DNA from: Eledone cirrhosa
Lineage: Eukaryota
Reading direction: 5' to 3'
DNA length: 64,000 nt
Assembly: GCA_964016885.1 (NCBI GenBank)
Contig: OZ024755.1
Location: 40,052,001 to 40,116,000, forward strand
The notes under the pieces were generated by a model, which worked only from the letters and a program-made list of their open reading frames with translations, had not been told where the DNA came from and did no database searches. This document shows positions 47,763 through 64,000 of the stretch, one piece after another; the first letter of the stretch is position 1, and every line of letters begins with the position of its first letter. The translations under genes were made by a program, and so were the position numbers.

Positions 47763-47872
47763 ATATGTATATATATATATATATTTTTTTTCTTTTTATT
47801 TATTATTATTATTTTTTATTTTATTTTATTCTCGTGCAATGGCCATACTCGATAACAATGGGGCAGCCATCA
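43683..47872 (+). mobile_element. Near full-length RTE-clade (BovB-like) LINE
   Basis: 5'UTR, single ORF APE (WNVRTL, LSETR, GDFNA, LDYV, TDH) + RT (NYRGISLL, QSGFR, DLTKAFD, GVKQG, LYADD) + C2H2-type fingers; tail ggccatactc..gggcagccatcat. Confidence 0.95.
44012..47553 (+). pseudogene. RTE ORF (APE-RT-ZF), stop at 45365 and frameshift near 46160
   Basis: Three consecutive ORFs: 44012-45367, 45374-46180, 46159-47553. Confidence 0.92.
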
Positions 47873-47949
47873 TATATATATGTATATATATAAATTAATA
47901 AAATAATGAATAAACAAAGAAACAGTTCCTTATATTAAAAAAATTCATC

Positions 47950-48082
47950 ATTTTACGATCGTTTCTCGGATATATATGTGTTAGTGTTGGTATGCATATT
48001 CTATAGATCTATGTACAATATTTATACAAACTATCAGAGGGAATATACATACCTACACATATATATGCTGTCTTCAGAAATA
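47950..48082 (-). ncRNA. Hammerhead with long stem II (family G, diverged copy)
   Basis: rc attt-CTGAAGA-cagcatatat...atatatccga-GAAA-cgatcg-TA-aaat. Confidence 0.6.
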
Positions 48083-48358
48083 ATGATATTTGTTTATTAA
48101 AAAAACAAAGATTCAATACAATAGGTCTTTTTGGGAACAGGTTTTGAATTGACCAATAGAGAGATAGTGAGGGTCAGGATAGTAATATAGTAGTAGAAGA
48201 ACCTTAAATTATGGGTAGAGGCAGGTAGATTTCAGTTTTGGATGGAAAAGAATATTATGAATGAAGGATTATTTTAGGGAAGAAATAAGTCTTATGCTGA
48301 CCTCAGAAATAATTTTATTTGTTCATTGAATAAAACCAACAAAGATCTAATATATTCT

Positions 48359-48486
<128 letters not shown>

Positions 48487-48721
48487 TATATATATATATG
48501 TATATATATATGTAAATATATATATATGTATATATGTAAATATATATATATGTATATATGTAAATATATATATATGTATATATATGTATATATGTAAATA
48601 TATATATATGTATATATATATGTATATATGTAAATATATATATATGTATATATGTAAATATATATATATGTATGAGTATATGTGTATATATATGTATATA
48701 TGTAAATATATATATATATGA

Positions 48722-48756
<35 letters not shown>

Positions 48757-48757
<1 letters not shown>

Positions 48758-50636
48758 GCAAAAGTTCTATTTAAAATTGTTGGGATACAACAAGTAAATA
48801 TTTTACAACTGATATAAAGCACTCGACAAGTTTTTGGAGTAGATATACGATATTAAATAAATATAATTATACATATTTCAGGGATACCAAATTAAAATAT
48901 GGTATGCCTTCATCAGACAAAATACAATATATAAACAGTTTTATAAATAATTTTGACGTACCCTATTAGATGCAACCATTATTTTTGGAAGCTGTCTGGA
49001 TAATGAGATGTTTATAATTATTTTATTAGTTATAGTGTTAAGCACAGTTAGAAAAAGACGGAGAGAAAGAAAAAACGGAGAGAGAGAAGGAGAGAGAAAA
49101 AGAAGGAGAGAGAGAAAAAGAAAACCTGGAGAAATACCGGAGAGAGAGAGAAATGTATGTAGAAAAGAAAGATATAAATAGATAGGAGGAAATAAAAAAG
49201 AAAGAAAAAAGGAAGAATAAGAAAAACAAAAGAAAGCAACAGAGAGATAATAATTCATCATACAGATAGAAAAACTCAAGAGGGAGGGGGATATAGTGAC
49301 AATTTACGTCATGTCATATTAAGTTGAGTTAACAATTCATATGAAATGAATAATAAAAATGTAAATATCAATATTCATGAATGGGACATAGATATATAAT
49401 ATGAGAAAATAACATTGTTCAATAATGACCATATGTTTAGTTTAAAACCTTGAGGTCAATATACCAAAATATGAGTTAAAACCTTCAAAAAATACCCTAT
49501 TTATAAAAATACGGATACAAATATGTATATATATATACACACATATATACGCCCTGAAAAGAGAAATTATGTCTACTCAAGTCAATAATATAGACACACA
49601 AATGATTTCACTTGATCACTTCTATACATATCTTGTGTTATAAAAAGTTCACAGTATATATACATAAAAATACGATTAATATTCATGTCCTCATATATAT
49701 GATTACCGTTCATGTATTTAATATTATGCATATCTGCAACACACATCAACATATACACACACACACATATATACACATACATATGTATAAATAAATGTCT
49801 GCGTGAGTCTTCCAGCATCGCTCATGTATATATACAGACATATATACAAACACATAAATATACCCTATAACACTTTTATATGCATGTTAATACACACATA
49901 TGGCCTTTGTATAGAGATAATCAAATATCAATATATTAATATAGAAATATCAAAACATTAAATATCTTTAAAACGCTATAGAGTATCTCAGGTTAAAATA
50001 ATATGTTTTATATATTTATTATAGAAATTTATCCTACCTATATCTCAAACAAGATATTGCAAGGGTAGACATATGAAAGTTATTAGAAGTTATCAGAGTC
50101 AAAACAAATAAAAAAATAAAAAAATAAAGATAATTTAAAAGATTCGGAAGACCCAATGATTCTACGGATACCCTTATATTTAGTATAGAAATTTATCTTA
50201 CGTATGTATTATTTAATACATTGGGAGCATATACATTTTAGAGTAGTTTATTATATCCTCCTATCTATTTATATCTTTCTTTTCTACATACATTTCTCTC
50301 TCTCTCTCCGGTATTTCTCCAGGTTTTCTTTTTCTCTCTCTCCTTCTTTTTCTCTTTCCTTCTCTCTCTCCGTTTTTTCTTTCTCTCCGTCTTTTTCTAA
50401 CTGTGCTATAACTAATAAAATAACTAATAAAATAATTATAAACATCTCACTATCCAGACAGCTTCCAAAAATAATAGTTGCATCTAATAGGGTACGTCAA
50501 AATTATTTATAAAACTGTTTATATATTGTATTTTGTCTGATGAAGGCATACCATATTTTAATTTGGTATCCCTGAAATATGTATAATGAAATAAATATGG
50601 TTTTATAACCATAGTTTCCATTTATTTAATATCGTA
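48757..50636. mobile_element. Family A element (-) with inverted partial copy (+); hammerheads at 48866-48924 (-) and 50529-50593 (+)
   Basis: About 48850-49190 is the reverse complement of 50256-50636. Confidence 0.7.
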
Positions 50637-50728
50637 TATATATATATATATGTATGAGTATATGTGTATATATGTATATATGTATTTATATATATATGTA
50701 TGAGTATATGTGTATATATGTATGTGTG

Positions 50729-50767
<39 letters not shown>

Positions 50768-50826
50768 ATATGTGTGTGTGCGTATATATGTATATATATA
50801 TATATGTGTGTGTGTGTGTATATATA

Positions 50827-50860
<34 letters not shown>

Positions 50861-50887
50861 ATATATATATATATGTGTGTATGTGTT

Positions 50888-50956
<69 letters not shown>

Positions 50957-50970
50957 ATATATATATATAG

Positions 50971-51003
<33 letters not shown>

Positions 51004-51004
51004 G

Positions 51005-51076
<72 letters not shown>

Positions 51077-51104
51077 GTGTGTGTGTATATATATATATAT
51101 GTGT

Positions 51105-51880
51105 TTACTCTTTTACTCTTTTACCTGTTTCAGCCATCCGACTGAGGCCATGCTGGGGCACCGCCCTTGTTCCTACACATTTTATCTCCAGCCTGTATAG
51201 GTTGGCCACTGGTGTAGGAGGGAGTTTGTTGCTGCTGCCCTTAGGTTTCCCTCGTGTCTTGCTGTGGGCTCATCCGGGATCCTGGTTAACAAGGTGTTGA
51301 GATGTTTCTTGAAGACGTCATGCGAATCTCTCAGATCCCTCGCCAGCTTTTGAAGAGTTGAGGGCCCTTGAATCCCAGGCTATTGCAATACCTGCTCCTT
51401 ATTCTAGATGTGGAAGACGGGACCTTTGGCACCACACAGTGACGTCTGTTCGACGGTTGGTCCAGCTTCCAATGCCAAAGTTTGGTGCTAGTCCCTCCAG
51501 GATTTTCCACAAGTAGATCACTGCGTATCTCTCCCGTCTTCGCTCCAAGGAGTAGAGGTTCAGTTCATTTAGCCTCTCCCAGTAGCTTGTCTCCCTCATC
51601 TTGGCAATCCTCTTGGTATAGCTTCGCTGGATTGCCTCAAGCTCCGTAGTTAGTTTGACACTATGGGGTGACCACAACTGGGAGCAGTAGTCCAGGCGGC
51701 TTAGGACAAATGTCCTCCATAGTGTCAACATGGTGTCTCGATTTCTTGTCCGGAAAGTCTTCAAGATCCAGCAAGCAAGTCGTCTGCATGTTGTCGCCAC
51801 CTTCATGATGTGTGAAGAAAAAGAAGCATCATCGCTCATGCCTATGCCCAGGTCTCGTATCGATTTTGACACGGGGATAT
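51105..51880 (-). mobile_element. CR1-group LINE copy 4, short and more diverged 3' fragment
   Basis: [28 protein letters not shown]; same 3' tail. Confidence 0.92.
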
Positions 51881-51902
51881 ATATATATATATTGACACGG
51901 GG

Positions 51903-51934
<32 letters not shown>

Positions 51935-51961
51935 GTGTGTATATATATGTATATATATATA

Positions 51962-52044
<83 letters not shown>

Positions 52045-52161
52045 TTATATATGTGTGTATATATATATATATATATTTACATATGTGTGTATATATATAT
52101 ATATATTTACATATGTGTGTATATATATATATATATTTATATATGTGTGTATATATATTTA

Positions 52162-52224
<63 letters not shown>

Positions 52225-52294
52225 TTATATATGTGTATATATATATATATATATATTTATATATGTGTATATATATATATATATATATTTATAT

Positions 52295-52873
52295 AACATG
52301 TATCCCAGTACAACCTGTTTCATGGTCGGGTCGTTAGCGACTAAACTGGCAACCCCACCAAGGTTTCTTGGTGAGGAGGGTGACTTTGGACATCCTGCAG
52401 GACTAAAAACAAAACCTGTCAAAGGGCAAAGGAGCTCTTAAGAGTCAATGGCCATCCAAAATCACCGGGAGAGATGACCCCTTAGCCTTTGTCAAGGCAG
52501 AATTCTAGGAGAAGGAAAACTCTGAGATAACACCTGCAACCCTGATGGTATCCAATGATGTTGACTTGTTCTACTTTTTGGTAAATATCATCTTGGTTAA
52601 GAGAGTGGGACTGGCTCTGTGCAATGCCTTTGCTCACTATAAAAGCTTCATGGCACAGGCATTGCTTTATATCTGGAGATCTCTCTGCACTTGTCACATG
52701 GTACCATGGGCCCAGCACTATGTGTCAATAATTGTCACAAGTGTAGTGTTTGTACCAGAGTTTTCAAGTCGCTGGCTGGACTCAAAAGTCACACTCGTTC
52801 AGCGCATCGGTAGGGGTTCTCCTACATGGATATAAAGTAGTGGCCGTACTCGAAAACGAGTTGGCAGCCACCA
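52295..52873 (+). mobile_element. Bipartite RTE derivative, copy 4
   Basis: Homology to the other copies. Confidence 0.87.
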
Positions 52874-52881
52874 TATATTTA

Positions 52882-52950
<69 letters not shown>

Positions 52951-53073
52951 TTATATATGTGTATATATATATATATATATATTTATATATGTGTGTATAT
53001 ATATATATATATATTTATATATGTGTGTCTATATATATATATATTTATATATGTGTGTATATATATTTATATA

Positions 53074-53126
<53 letters not shown>

Positions 53127-53161
53127 TTATATATGTGTGTATATATATATATATATACAAA

Positions 53162-53605
53162 TATAAATAAGCGAGAATCATGTTTCGGCTATTGGAAATT
53201 AGCGAAAAACAACTTCCGAGATGTGTGGCAAGCGCTCCATAGAACCTAGTGAACCAGAGCTACAACATAAGTTAAAAGGCCAAACACACTGAGACGATGG
53301 TTAAACCATTATCCGCACCGCCATAGAAACGACCAAGTAATTCGGGTCAAACAAATAAAATCAATCACATTTTTCAATCACATTTTTCAATGATATTATT
53401 CAATCATATTTTTCAATCACATTTTTTATTTGTTTGAGCCAAATTACTTGGTCGTTTCTATGGCTGTGCGGATAATGGTTTAACCATCGTCTCAGTGTGT
53501 TTGGCCGTTTAACGTATGTTGTATCTCTGGTTCGTTAGAATTTATTGAGCGGAAGTTGTTTTTCGCTAATTTCCAAAGCCGAAATACGATTCTCGCTAAT
53601 TTATA
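53162..53605. mobile_element. MITE-like fold-back element with ~190-bp diverged inverted arms
   Basis: 53162-53360 vs 53424-53605 inverted; centre has caatcacattttt repeats; no hammerhead seen. Confidence 0.6.
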
Positions 53606-53673
53606 TTTGTGTATATATATATATATATGTATATGTATGTATATATGTATATATGTATGTGTATGTGTGTCTG

Positions 53674-53715
<42 letters not shown>

Positions 53716-53739
53716 TGTGTGTGTATATATATATGTGTG

Positions 53740-53789
<50 letters not shown>

Positions 53790-53821
53790 TATATGTGTAT
53801 ATATATATATGTATATATGTT

Positions 53822-53858
<37 letters not shown>

Positions 53859-53885
53859 GTATATATATATGTATATATATATGTA

Positions 53886-53924
<39 letters not shown>

Positions 53925-54036
53925 ATACACACATATATATATACACACACACATATATATTGTATATATATATATGTATATATGTATATATGTATATATA
54001 TATATATATATGTATATATATGTATATATATGTATA

Positions 54037-54105
<69 letters not shown>

Positions 54106-54246
54106 GTATATATGTATATATATATATATGTATATATATATATGTATATATATATGTATATATGTATATATATATGTATATATATATGTATATATGTATA
54201 TATATATGTATATATGTATATATATATGTATATATGTATATATATG

Positions 54247-54297
<51 letters not shown>

Positions 54298-54435
54298 GTA
54301 TATACATATATATATATGTATATATATGTATATATGTATATATATATGTATATATGTATATATATATGTATATATGTATATATATATGTATATATGTATA
54401 TGTATATATGTATATATATATGTATATAAGTATAT

Positions 54436-54930
54436 ATCTCAAGCTTGAGATCGGTGTGGAAGTCGGACCTTCGTAGAGACCTGAAAATCCGCCTCTTCAT
54501 TGCTGTAGTGGAGTTTGTGCTGCTGTACGAGTCTAAGACTTGGACACTGACCAAGAGACTCACTCAGATGGTGGATGGGTGCTACACGAGAATGCTGAGG
54601 ATGGCTCTGAACATTAATCAGTATACACTGAGGATGAAAAACTCAGAGCTGTATGGGAGCATCCCAAAAGTCAGCTCAAAACTGACACAGAGGAGACTGA
54701 GGTTGGCTGGACATGCTCACCGACATCCAGAGTTGACATTGCACTCAGTGCTCCTTTGGGAGCCCCTACATGGACACACTAGAAGAGGAAGACCAAGGTT
54801 AACATATGTTGATGCCCTAAGGACAGACACTGGTCTGTTGGAGATGCAGGATATGGCAGCGATAATGAGGGACAGAGACCGCTGGAGAGAACCTGTCCAT
54901 GGATCTCGGGAATTTTACCCGCCTTAGATA
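54436..54930 (+). mobile_element. 3' fragment of a second RTE-like LINE family
   Basis: [41 protein letters not shown]. Confidence 0.85.
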
Positions 54931-55018
54931 TGTATATATATATGTATATATGTATATATATATATATATGTATATATGTAATATATCAGATCAAAAGATG
55001 GTTAAAAGAGTTCCATGT

Positions 55019-55087
55019 ATTTTATTATGCGCATTTCAAAAACAAATATCATCATGCTATAACATTTGTGTTTTCATCAGATAAAAT
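55019..55087 (-). ncRNA. Hammerhead (family H)
   Basis: rc attttat-CTGATGA-aaaca..tgtttt-GAAA-tgcgca-TA-ataaaat. Confidence 0.75.
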
Positions 55088-55150
55088 AGGAAGACCTGAT
55101 ATGAAGGTTAAAAAACACTTGTGAATAGTGCAGTTTTAAATCAACATATG

Positions 55151-55216
55151 TTATCTGATGAAAACACAAATGTTGTTGCATGACGATATTTGTTTTTGAA
55201 ATGCGCATAATAAAAT
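55151..55216 (+). ncRNA. Hammerhead (family H), inverted partner
   Basis: ttat-CTGATGA..GAAA-tgcgca-TA-ataa. Confidence 0.7.
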
Positions 55217-55469
55217 ACATGGAACTCTTTTAACCATCTTTTGTTCTCATATATTATGTATACTCCAGTCCTACAAATTGTAGAGTGATTCTTAAACGAT
55301 ATCTGCATTGCTTTATTGTACTACAATAAAACTCACCTCCTACATTATGTATATATGTATATATATATGTATATATATGTATGTATATATATGTATATAT
55401 ATATATGTATATGTATATATGTATATATATATGTATATATATATATATGTATATGTATATGTATATATG

Positions 55470-55500
<31 letters not shown>

Positions 55501-55549
55501 GTATATGTATATATATATGTATATATATCTATATGTATATATATATGTA

Positions 55550-55613
<64 letters not shown>

Positions 55614-55725
55614 TATATATATACATATATACGTATATATATATGTATATATATATATATGTATATATGTATGTATATATATATACATATATACGTATAT
55701 ATATATGTATATGTATATATATATG

Positions 55726-55790
<65 letters not shown>

Positions 55791-55877
55791 GTAAATATAT
55801 GTAAATATATATGTAAATATATATATGTATATATGTATATATATGTAAATATATATATATATGTATATATATATATG

Positions 55878-55908
<31 letters not shown>

Positions 55909-55917
55909 GTATATATG

Positions 55918-55950
<33 letters not shown>

Positions 55951-55954
55951 GTAT

Positions 55955-56009
<55 letters not shown>

Positions 56010-56037
56010 TGTATATATATATATATATATATGTATG

Positions 56038-56069
<32 letters not shown>

Positions 56070-56077
56070 TGTATATA

Positions 56078-57285
56078 GATACTAAATCTAAGGTCCATTA
56101 AGCTTTCATATTCTACAGCACCCAATCTCGATCTAATTATTAAAAAACTTAACTCCAAACGATTAGTCAGCACATCCACACGAAGCACCCCAAACTACAT
56201 TAACACTTCCTCAAACTCTCAACCACTGAATGTAAACCCTCCTGCAGCAGACACACATATAAACCTAACGCAATCTGTACAAGATAATAATACTACAGGA
56301 TCTGATAAGTGCAACTGCAACCTACCTGATCGTTGCCCTCTGAATAACAAATGCATGGAATCCAATTTGGCGTATCCATGCACCGTTGAATCGGATAACC
56401 AGAGATGGCACTATATCGGCTGTACCTCTACAACTTTTAAATCTCGTTGGTACCAACACTGTAGTTCGATGAAGAACATCAAATACCGTTCCGTAACTAC
56501 CTTAGCCAATACAATTTGGCAGTTGCGCGAAAGTAACCTGCAATACACTTTGAAATGGACAAAACTTTCTAGTGCTTCCGCATATCGTGCAGGCCAGCCT
56601 TACTGCCGATTATGCAATATGGAACTATTTTATATACTAAAATCCAAATATACTCTTCTCAACAACAGAACGGAAAGGACTCTATACTGCAATCACAGAC
56701 TCAAGGCTACCTTCTCTAAATACAAACCTGGTTTGATTTGATCCTGCAACTTCTGCCTTCCTCTATCTTCCTTCTACCTCCTCTATCTATCCCCATGGAT
56801 TATTGCTATGCCTTCTATTAACCACATCTCCCCTATTCAACATCTCCTACATACTTTACAAGTCACTCGACATTATCTCCCTTGCCTCCATCTCTCATAG
56901 ATCGTAAACCTATCAACGTCTACCATCTCTCTAGCACACACACATAGTTGGACTAGTCCATATCTAGACTTCATTATCATATTTCATCCTCCCCTCTGTT
57001 TTACCTCAACAACTATGAAAAACCCCCCTATATCTCTCGTCTTTGTCACATCCTCCTTCTTCTCTACTTCAACTTCACATGAATTCTTATAAAAACCTGA
57101 ACATTTTTGTGCGGTAAACATAATCTCTGATGATATAGGATCGATTGTGCATTGGATATCGAATGCTCTACTAAATATATAATATTATAGATGTAGCGAG
57201 ATCTAGGCAAATAGATGTCTATTGAAACGTACGTAAGAACCGAATAAATCTCTTTTACTGCATCTTTCTGTTCTTTTTAATTCTC
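56078..57285 (+). mobile_element. Penelope-like 3' fragment: GIY-YIG (to 56741) + 3'UTR
   Basis: CNCNLPDRCPLNNKCMESNLAY..YIGCTSTTFKSRW..CRLCNME..LLN. Confidence 0.88.
57124..57238 (+). ncRNA. Hammerhead with ~90-nt stem II in Penelope 3'UTR
   Basis: tct-CTGATGA-t-atag...ctat-t-GAAA-cgtacg-TA-aga, followed by AATAAA at 57243. Confidence 0.6.
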
Positions 57286-57293
57286 TATATATG

Positions 57294-57324
<31 letters not shown>

Positions 57325-57328
57325 GTAA

Positions 57329-57364
<36 letters not shown>

Positions 57365-57365
57365 G

Positions 57366-57415
<50 letters not shown>

Positions 57416-57717
57416 GTAATAATAATAAAATTGAAGACTAAAATCCAAAGAGGGCTCGATAAGGAAAATATATATCAAATATATAAGAACCGTAGAGCAA
57501 ATATTTATTAAAATAACAGATTAAAGTTTAAGCAAAGAATCGCTGCTTTCACCCTTAACGCGATCTTCTGAAACTAACAAAGTCAATCTGTAAACGCAGA
57601 ACTGGATATTTCAAAAAACGTTGCAACCGGAGGAAGACAGGAAGACGATACTTTGGTTCGTGGTAACGTTCGCTGGCAACTATTAATGACGTATTATTCG
57701 TTTTTTCCCGTTCTTTG

Positions 57718-60320
<2,603 letters not shown>

Positions 60321-60859
60321 TTATACTTGGGGAGGGTCATATTTGTGTAATATTGCCAGAATTAATAACAGAACACACTCACTGTTTGGTTGGTTTTCGC
60401 TTCTCGCTGTCTTTTATATCTGTAATCTAACTTACTCGGTCCTCAATGTTGCCATTGACTGACCGACAGTCAAAATTAATACAGATACAATATAGACACA
60501 AACACATATATATAGTTTATCATAAATCTTTCGTTGCACATCTGCAACATCGTCATTGATTCTATTGTTTCCTCCTGTTGAATTGTATGGCTACGCCATT
60601 TTTATTCAGTCTGACTACATATTTATTTATTTATTTGCTTGTTTGTTTATTTTATTTTGTCTTCTTTGCGCATATGTATGTATATATATGTGTATATATA
60701 TGTATATATATATATATGTATATATATGTATATATATATGTATATATATGTATATATATATGTATATATATGTATATATATATGTATATATATGTATATA
60801 TATATGTATATATATGTATATGTATATATATGTATATGTATATATATATGTATATGTAT

Positions 60860-60892
<33 letters not shown>

Positions 60893-60953
60893 TATATATA
60901 TGTATATGTATATGTATATGTATATATATGTATATATATGTATATATATGTCT

Positions 60954-61508
60954 CATGGTCGGGTCGTTGGCGACTAAACTGGCAACCCCATCAAGGTTTC
61001 TTCTGTGAGGAGGGTGACTTTGGACATCCTGCAGGACTAAAAACAAAACCTGTCAAAGGGCAAGGAGCTCTTAAGAGTCAATGGCCATCCAAAATCACCG
61101 GGAGAGATGACCCTTAGCCTTTGTCAAGGCAGAATTCTAGTAGAAGGAAAACTCTGATATAACACCTGCAACCCTGATGGTATCCAATGATGTTGACTTG
61201 TTCTTCTTTTTGGTAAATATCATCTTGGTCAAGAGAGTGGGACTGGCTTTGTGCAGTGCCTTTGCTCACTATAAAAGCTTCACGGCACAGGCATTGCTTT
61301 ACATCTGGAGATCTCTCTGCACTTGTCATCACATGGTACCATGGGCCCAGCACTATGTGTCAATAATTGTCACAAGTGCAGTGTTTGTACCAGAGTTTTC
61401 AAGTCGTTGGCTGGACTAAAAAGTCACGCTCAGCAGCGCATCGGTAGGGGTTCTCCTACATGGATATAAAGTAGTGACCGTACTCAAAAACGAGTTGGCA
61501 GCCACCAT
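60954..61508 (+). mobile_element. Bipartite RTE derivative, copy 5
   Basis: Homology to the other copies. Confidence 0.87.
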
Positions 61509-61785
61509 AACCAGTATGACTCTAAAAACCGGTTTGTCTGTGTGTTTACATACAGAATAGCTGGATACTCACAGTAAAGTAACCAGTGAAAGACTTGGTA
61601 CATCTACATATGTATACGTGTGTGTATTAATATGCATACTAGTATTTCAGTATGCATATGTAGATGTACATTTTTAACTTTTTAACTTAATTGTTTAAGC
61701 GTCAGTCATACAAAAGTGAGTTACAAACGAAACGAAATTTAATTTCGTTTCGTTATTTGCTTTTATATATATGTATATATATATG

Positions 61786-61816
<31 letters not shown>

Positions 61817-61845
61817 GTATATATATATATATATGTATATGTATG

Positions 61846-61876
<31 letters not shown>

Positions 61877-61985
61877 GTATATATATGTATATATATATAT
61901 ATATGTATATATATGTATATATATGTATATATATATATATGTATATAATATATAAGATCAAAAGATGGTTAAATGAGGTCCATGT

Positions 61986-62054
61986 ATTTTATTATGCGCA
62001 CTTCAAAAACAAATATCATCATGCAATAACATTTGTGTTTTCATCAGATAAAAT
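61986..62054 (-). ncRNA. Hammerhead (family H), GAAA->GAAG mutated
   Basis: Inverted arm of 62160-62228. Confidence 0.55.
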
Positions 62055-62159
62055 GGAAGGACATGATATGAAGGATAATGCAGTTTTAAATCAACATATA
62101 TGTTGATTTAAAACTGCACTATCCACAAGTGTTTTTTAACCTTCATATCATGTCCTCCT

Positions 62160-62228
62160 ATTTTATCTGATGAAAACACAAATGTTATTGTATGATGATA
62201 TTTGTTTTTGAAATGCGCATAATAAAAT
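62160..62228 (+). ncRNA. Hammerhead (family H)
   Basis: attttat-CTGATGA-aaaca..tgtttt-GAAA-tgcgca-TA-ataaaat. Confidence 0.78.
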
Positions 62229-62380
62229 ACATGGAACTCATTTAACCATCTTTTGATGTTATATATTATGTATACTCCAGTCCTACAAACTGTAGAGTGT
62301 TTCTTATCCGATATCTGCATTGCTTTATTGTACTACAATAAAACTCACCTCCTACATATATATGTATATGTATATATATT

Positions 62381-62417
<37 letters not shown>

Positions 62418-62491
62418 ATATTTATATGTATATATATATGTATATGTATATATATGTATATGTATATATATATGTATATATATATATATGG

Positions 62492-62567
<76 letters not shown>

Positions 62568-62980
62568 ATATATATATATATATATATATACACTTTCACT
62601 CACTCTCTCTCTGCTTCTCCCCCTCTCTCTCCCTCCCGTCTGACCTGCTTGAATTTCTTTCCTCTCTCAATCTTCTCGCGGCTCAGACGTGTCTATTTCT
62701 CCTCGTCAATTTGATATGTCGGGCTTAAGCCCACAGGATTCATTGACTTGTCTCTATTTTCCTCTCTTTACGTTGCATACCACCATGTGTTTGTTTCCTT
62801 CCCTCTCTTTTCCCACTGTCCCGATAACTTAATTGAGTTATCGCTTGCACTGATTTTAGGTATCTAGTCTTTAATGCGTCAAAATACCAACGATAATCAG
62901 CAGACTGCTGAAGAGGACATTTTAACCCTTGTCTATTTTTATTCATATATTCATGTTCGCAACAACCCAGCACACCATTC

Positions 62981-63045
<65 letters not shown>

Positions 63046-63078
63046 ATGTGAATGTGTCTGTCGCCACCTGGAATATAG

Positions 63079-63452
63079 CTTAAGAGAAATTTGACGATAA
63101 TGATATGATAGGCACCCAATATTTTGAACTGGTTTTAGAATTCTCTTGGCCTTTGTCACTCTAAGTAGAACTTTAAAGAATTAGCTTTTAAAGAATTTCC
63201 CTTTTCTTTAAATCCATCAACCATGACCGACCCCCAACCATCTTATAGACACCTGAAATATAGGCATTGTTAACTTAAGAGAAACTTAAAAATAAGGAGT
63301 GGCACCCCATTCTGAACTTGTTTATAGAATTCTTTCTTCCTTTGTCACACTAAATATAAATTATAGCCTAAAAGAATTAGCTTTTAATGAATTCCCTTTT
63401 CTTTCAACCAATGACCTCCACCCATCCCTCTCCTACCACCTGAAAAGATATA
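63079..63452 (+). repeat. Diverged ~190-bp tandem duplication
   Basis: cttaagagaaa..ggcaccc..tttgtcac..aaagaattagcttttaa..cacctgaaa occurs twice. Confidence 0.75.
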
Positions 63453-63481
63453 AATACCACAATATTTATTTTTGGAAAGCC

Positions 63482-63532
63482 AGATTCCTGATGATTTCTA
63501 AAGAATGAAACAGTTCTAGTCCTGTAGAATCT
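63482..63532 (+). ncRNA. Type I hammerhead with a closed stem III
   Basis: agattc-CTGATGA-t-ttct-aa-agaa-t-GAAA-cag-ttctagtc-ctg-TA-gaatct. Confidence 0.82.
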
Positions 63533-63602
63533 CATCTATATTAAAACTATATTTATATATATATATATATTCATATATACATATATATAAATATATATAT
63601 AC

Positions 63603-63695
<93 letters not shown>

Positions 63696-63697
<2 letters not shown>

Positions 63698-64000
63698 AAC
63701 GAGTAGGACCCCTATAACGCGGTCTAGGATTTTTTTTCTGATTCTCCCTATGTTGGACTTCGTTGGGTTTATAAGCCTGATAGAAGGTTTACGGTCGAAA
63801 TCGGATTTGTGGTCCTTCAGTGTGAAGTAGGGTGTCCATGGGTCTAGGGGTTCCGTGCGGTCGGCGACCCCGAGGCTGGAGGTAATGTGTTGTCCATCTC
63901 GATTTATGTCCTCGATGCATGAGTGGTTAGCCTTTTTATAGGTGGAGTTTAGGCTGCTCCTGATCAGTGTGTGGTATCTGTCGGGGTTGACGAAGTAAAG
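63696..64000 (-). mobile_element. Penelope-like RT N-terminal fragment (runs off the window)
   Basis: rc translates to ..[38 protein letters not shown], homologous to the 22991-23944 ORF. Confidence 0.85.

Overview
AT-rich eukaryotic (metazoan; an invertebrate such as a cephalopod/mollusc is plausible but inferred) non-genic DNA. It is a mosaic of long (TA)n/(TATATG)n microsatellite blocks with retroelements inserted in them, and no host gene could be supported. Coding relics are a degraded L1/Tx1-type LINE (2.1-6.7 kb), four copies of a young CR1-group LINE, a near full-length RTE LINE with three C-terminal C2H2-type fingers, a second RTE 3' fragment and five Penelope-like (RT/GIY-YIG) fragments. 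Five copies of a ~0.55-0.6 kb repeat turn out to be an internally deleted RTE (5'UTR + last zinc finger + 3' tail). The most striking hidden layer is non-coding. About 28 type I hammerhead ribozyme motifs from about 14 sequence families can be read by eye. They include a 310-bp tandem array with one hammerhead per unit (retrozyme/circRNA-like), core variants (U3-A8, C4, C6) and hammerheads with ~90-120 nt insertions in stem II. Many sit in fold-back inverted repeats. All structure calls were made by manual base-pairing and are untested. The many YI/ICIY 'ORFs' are microsatellite artefacts.
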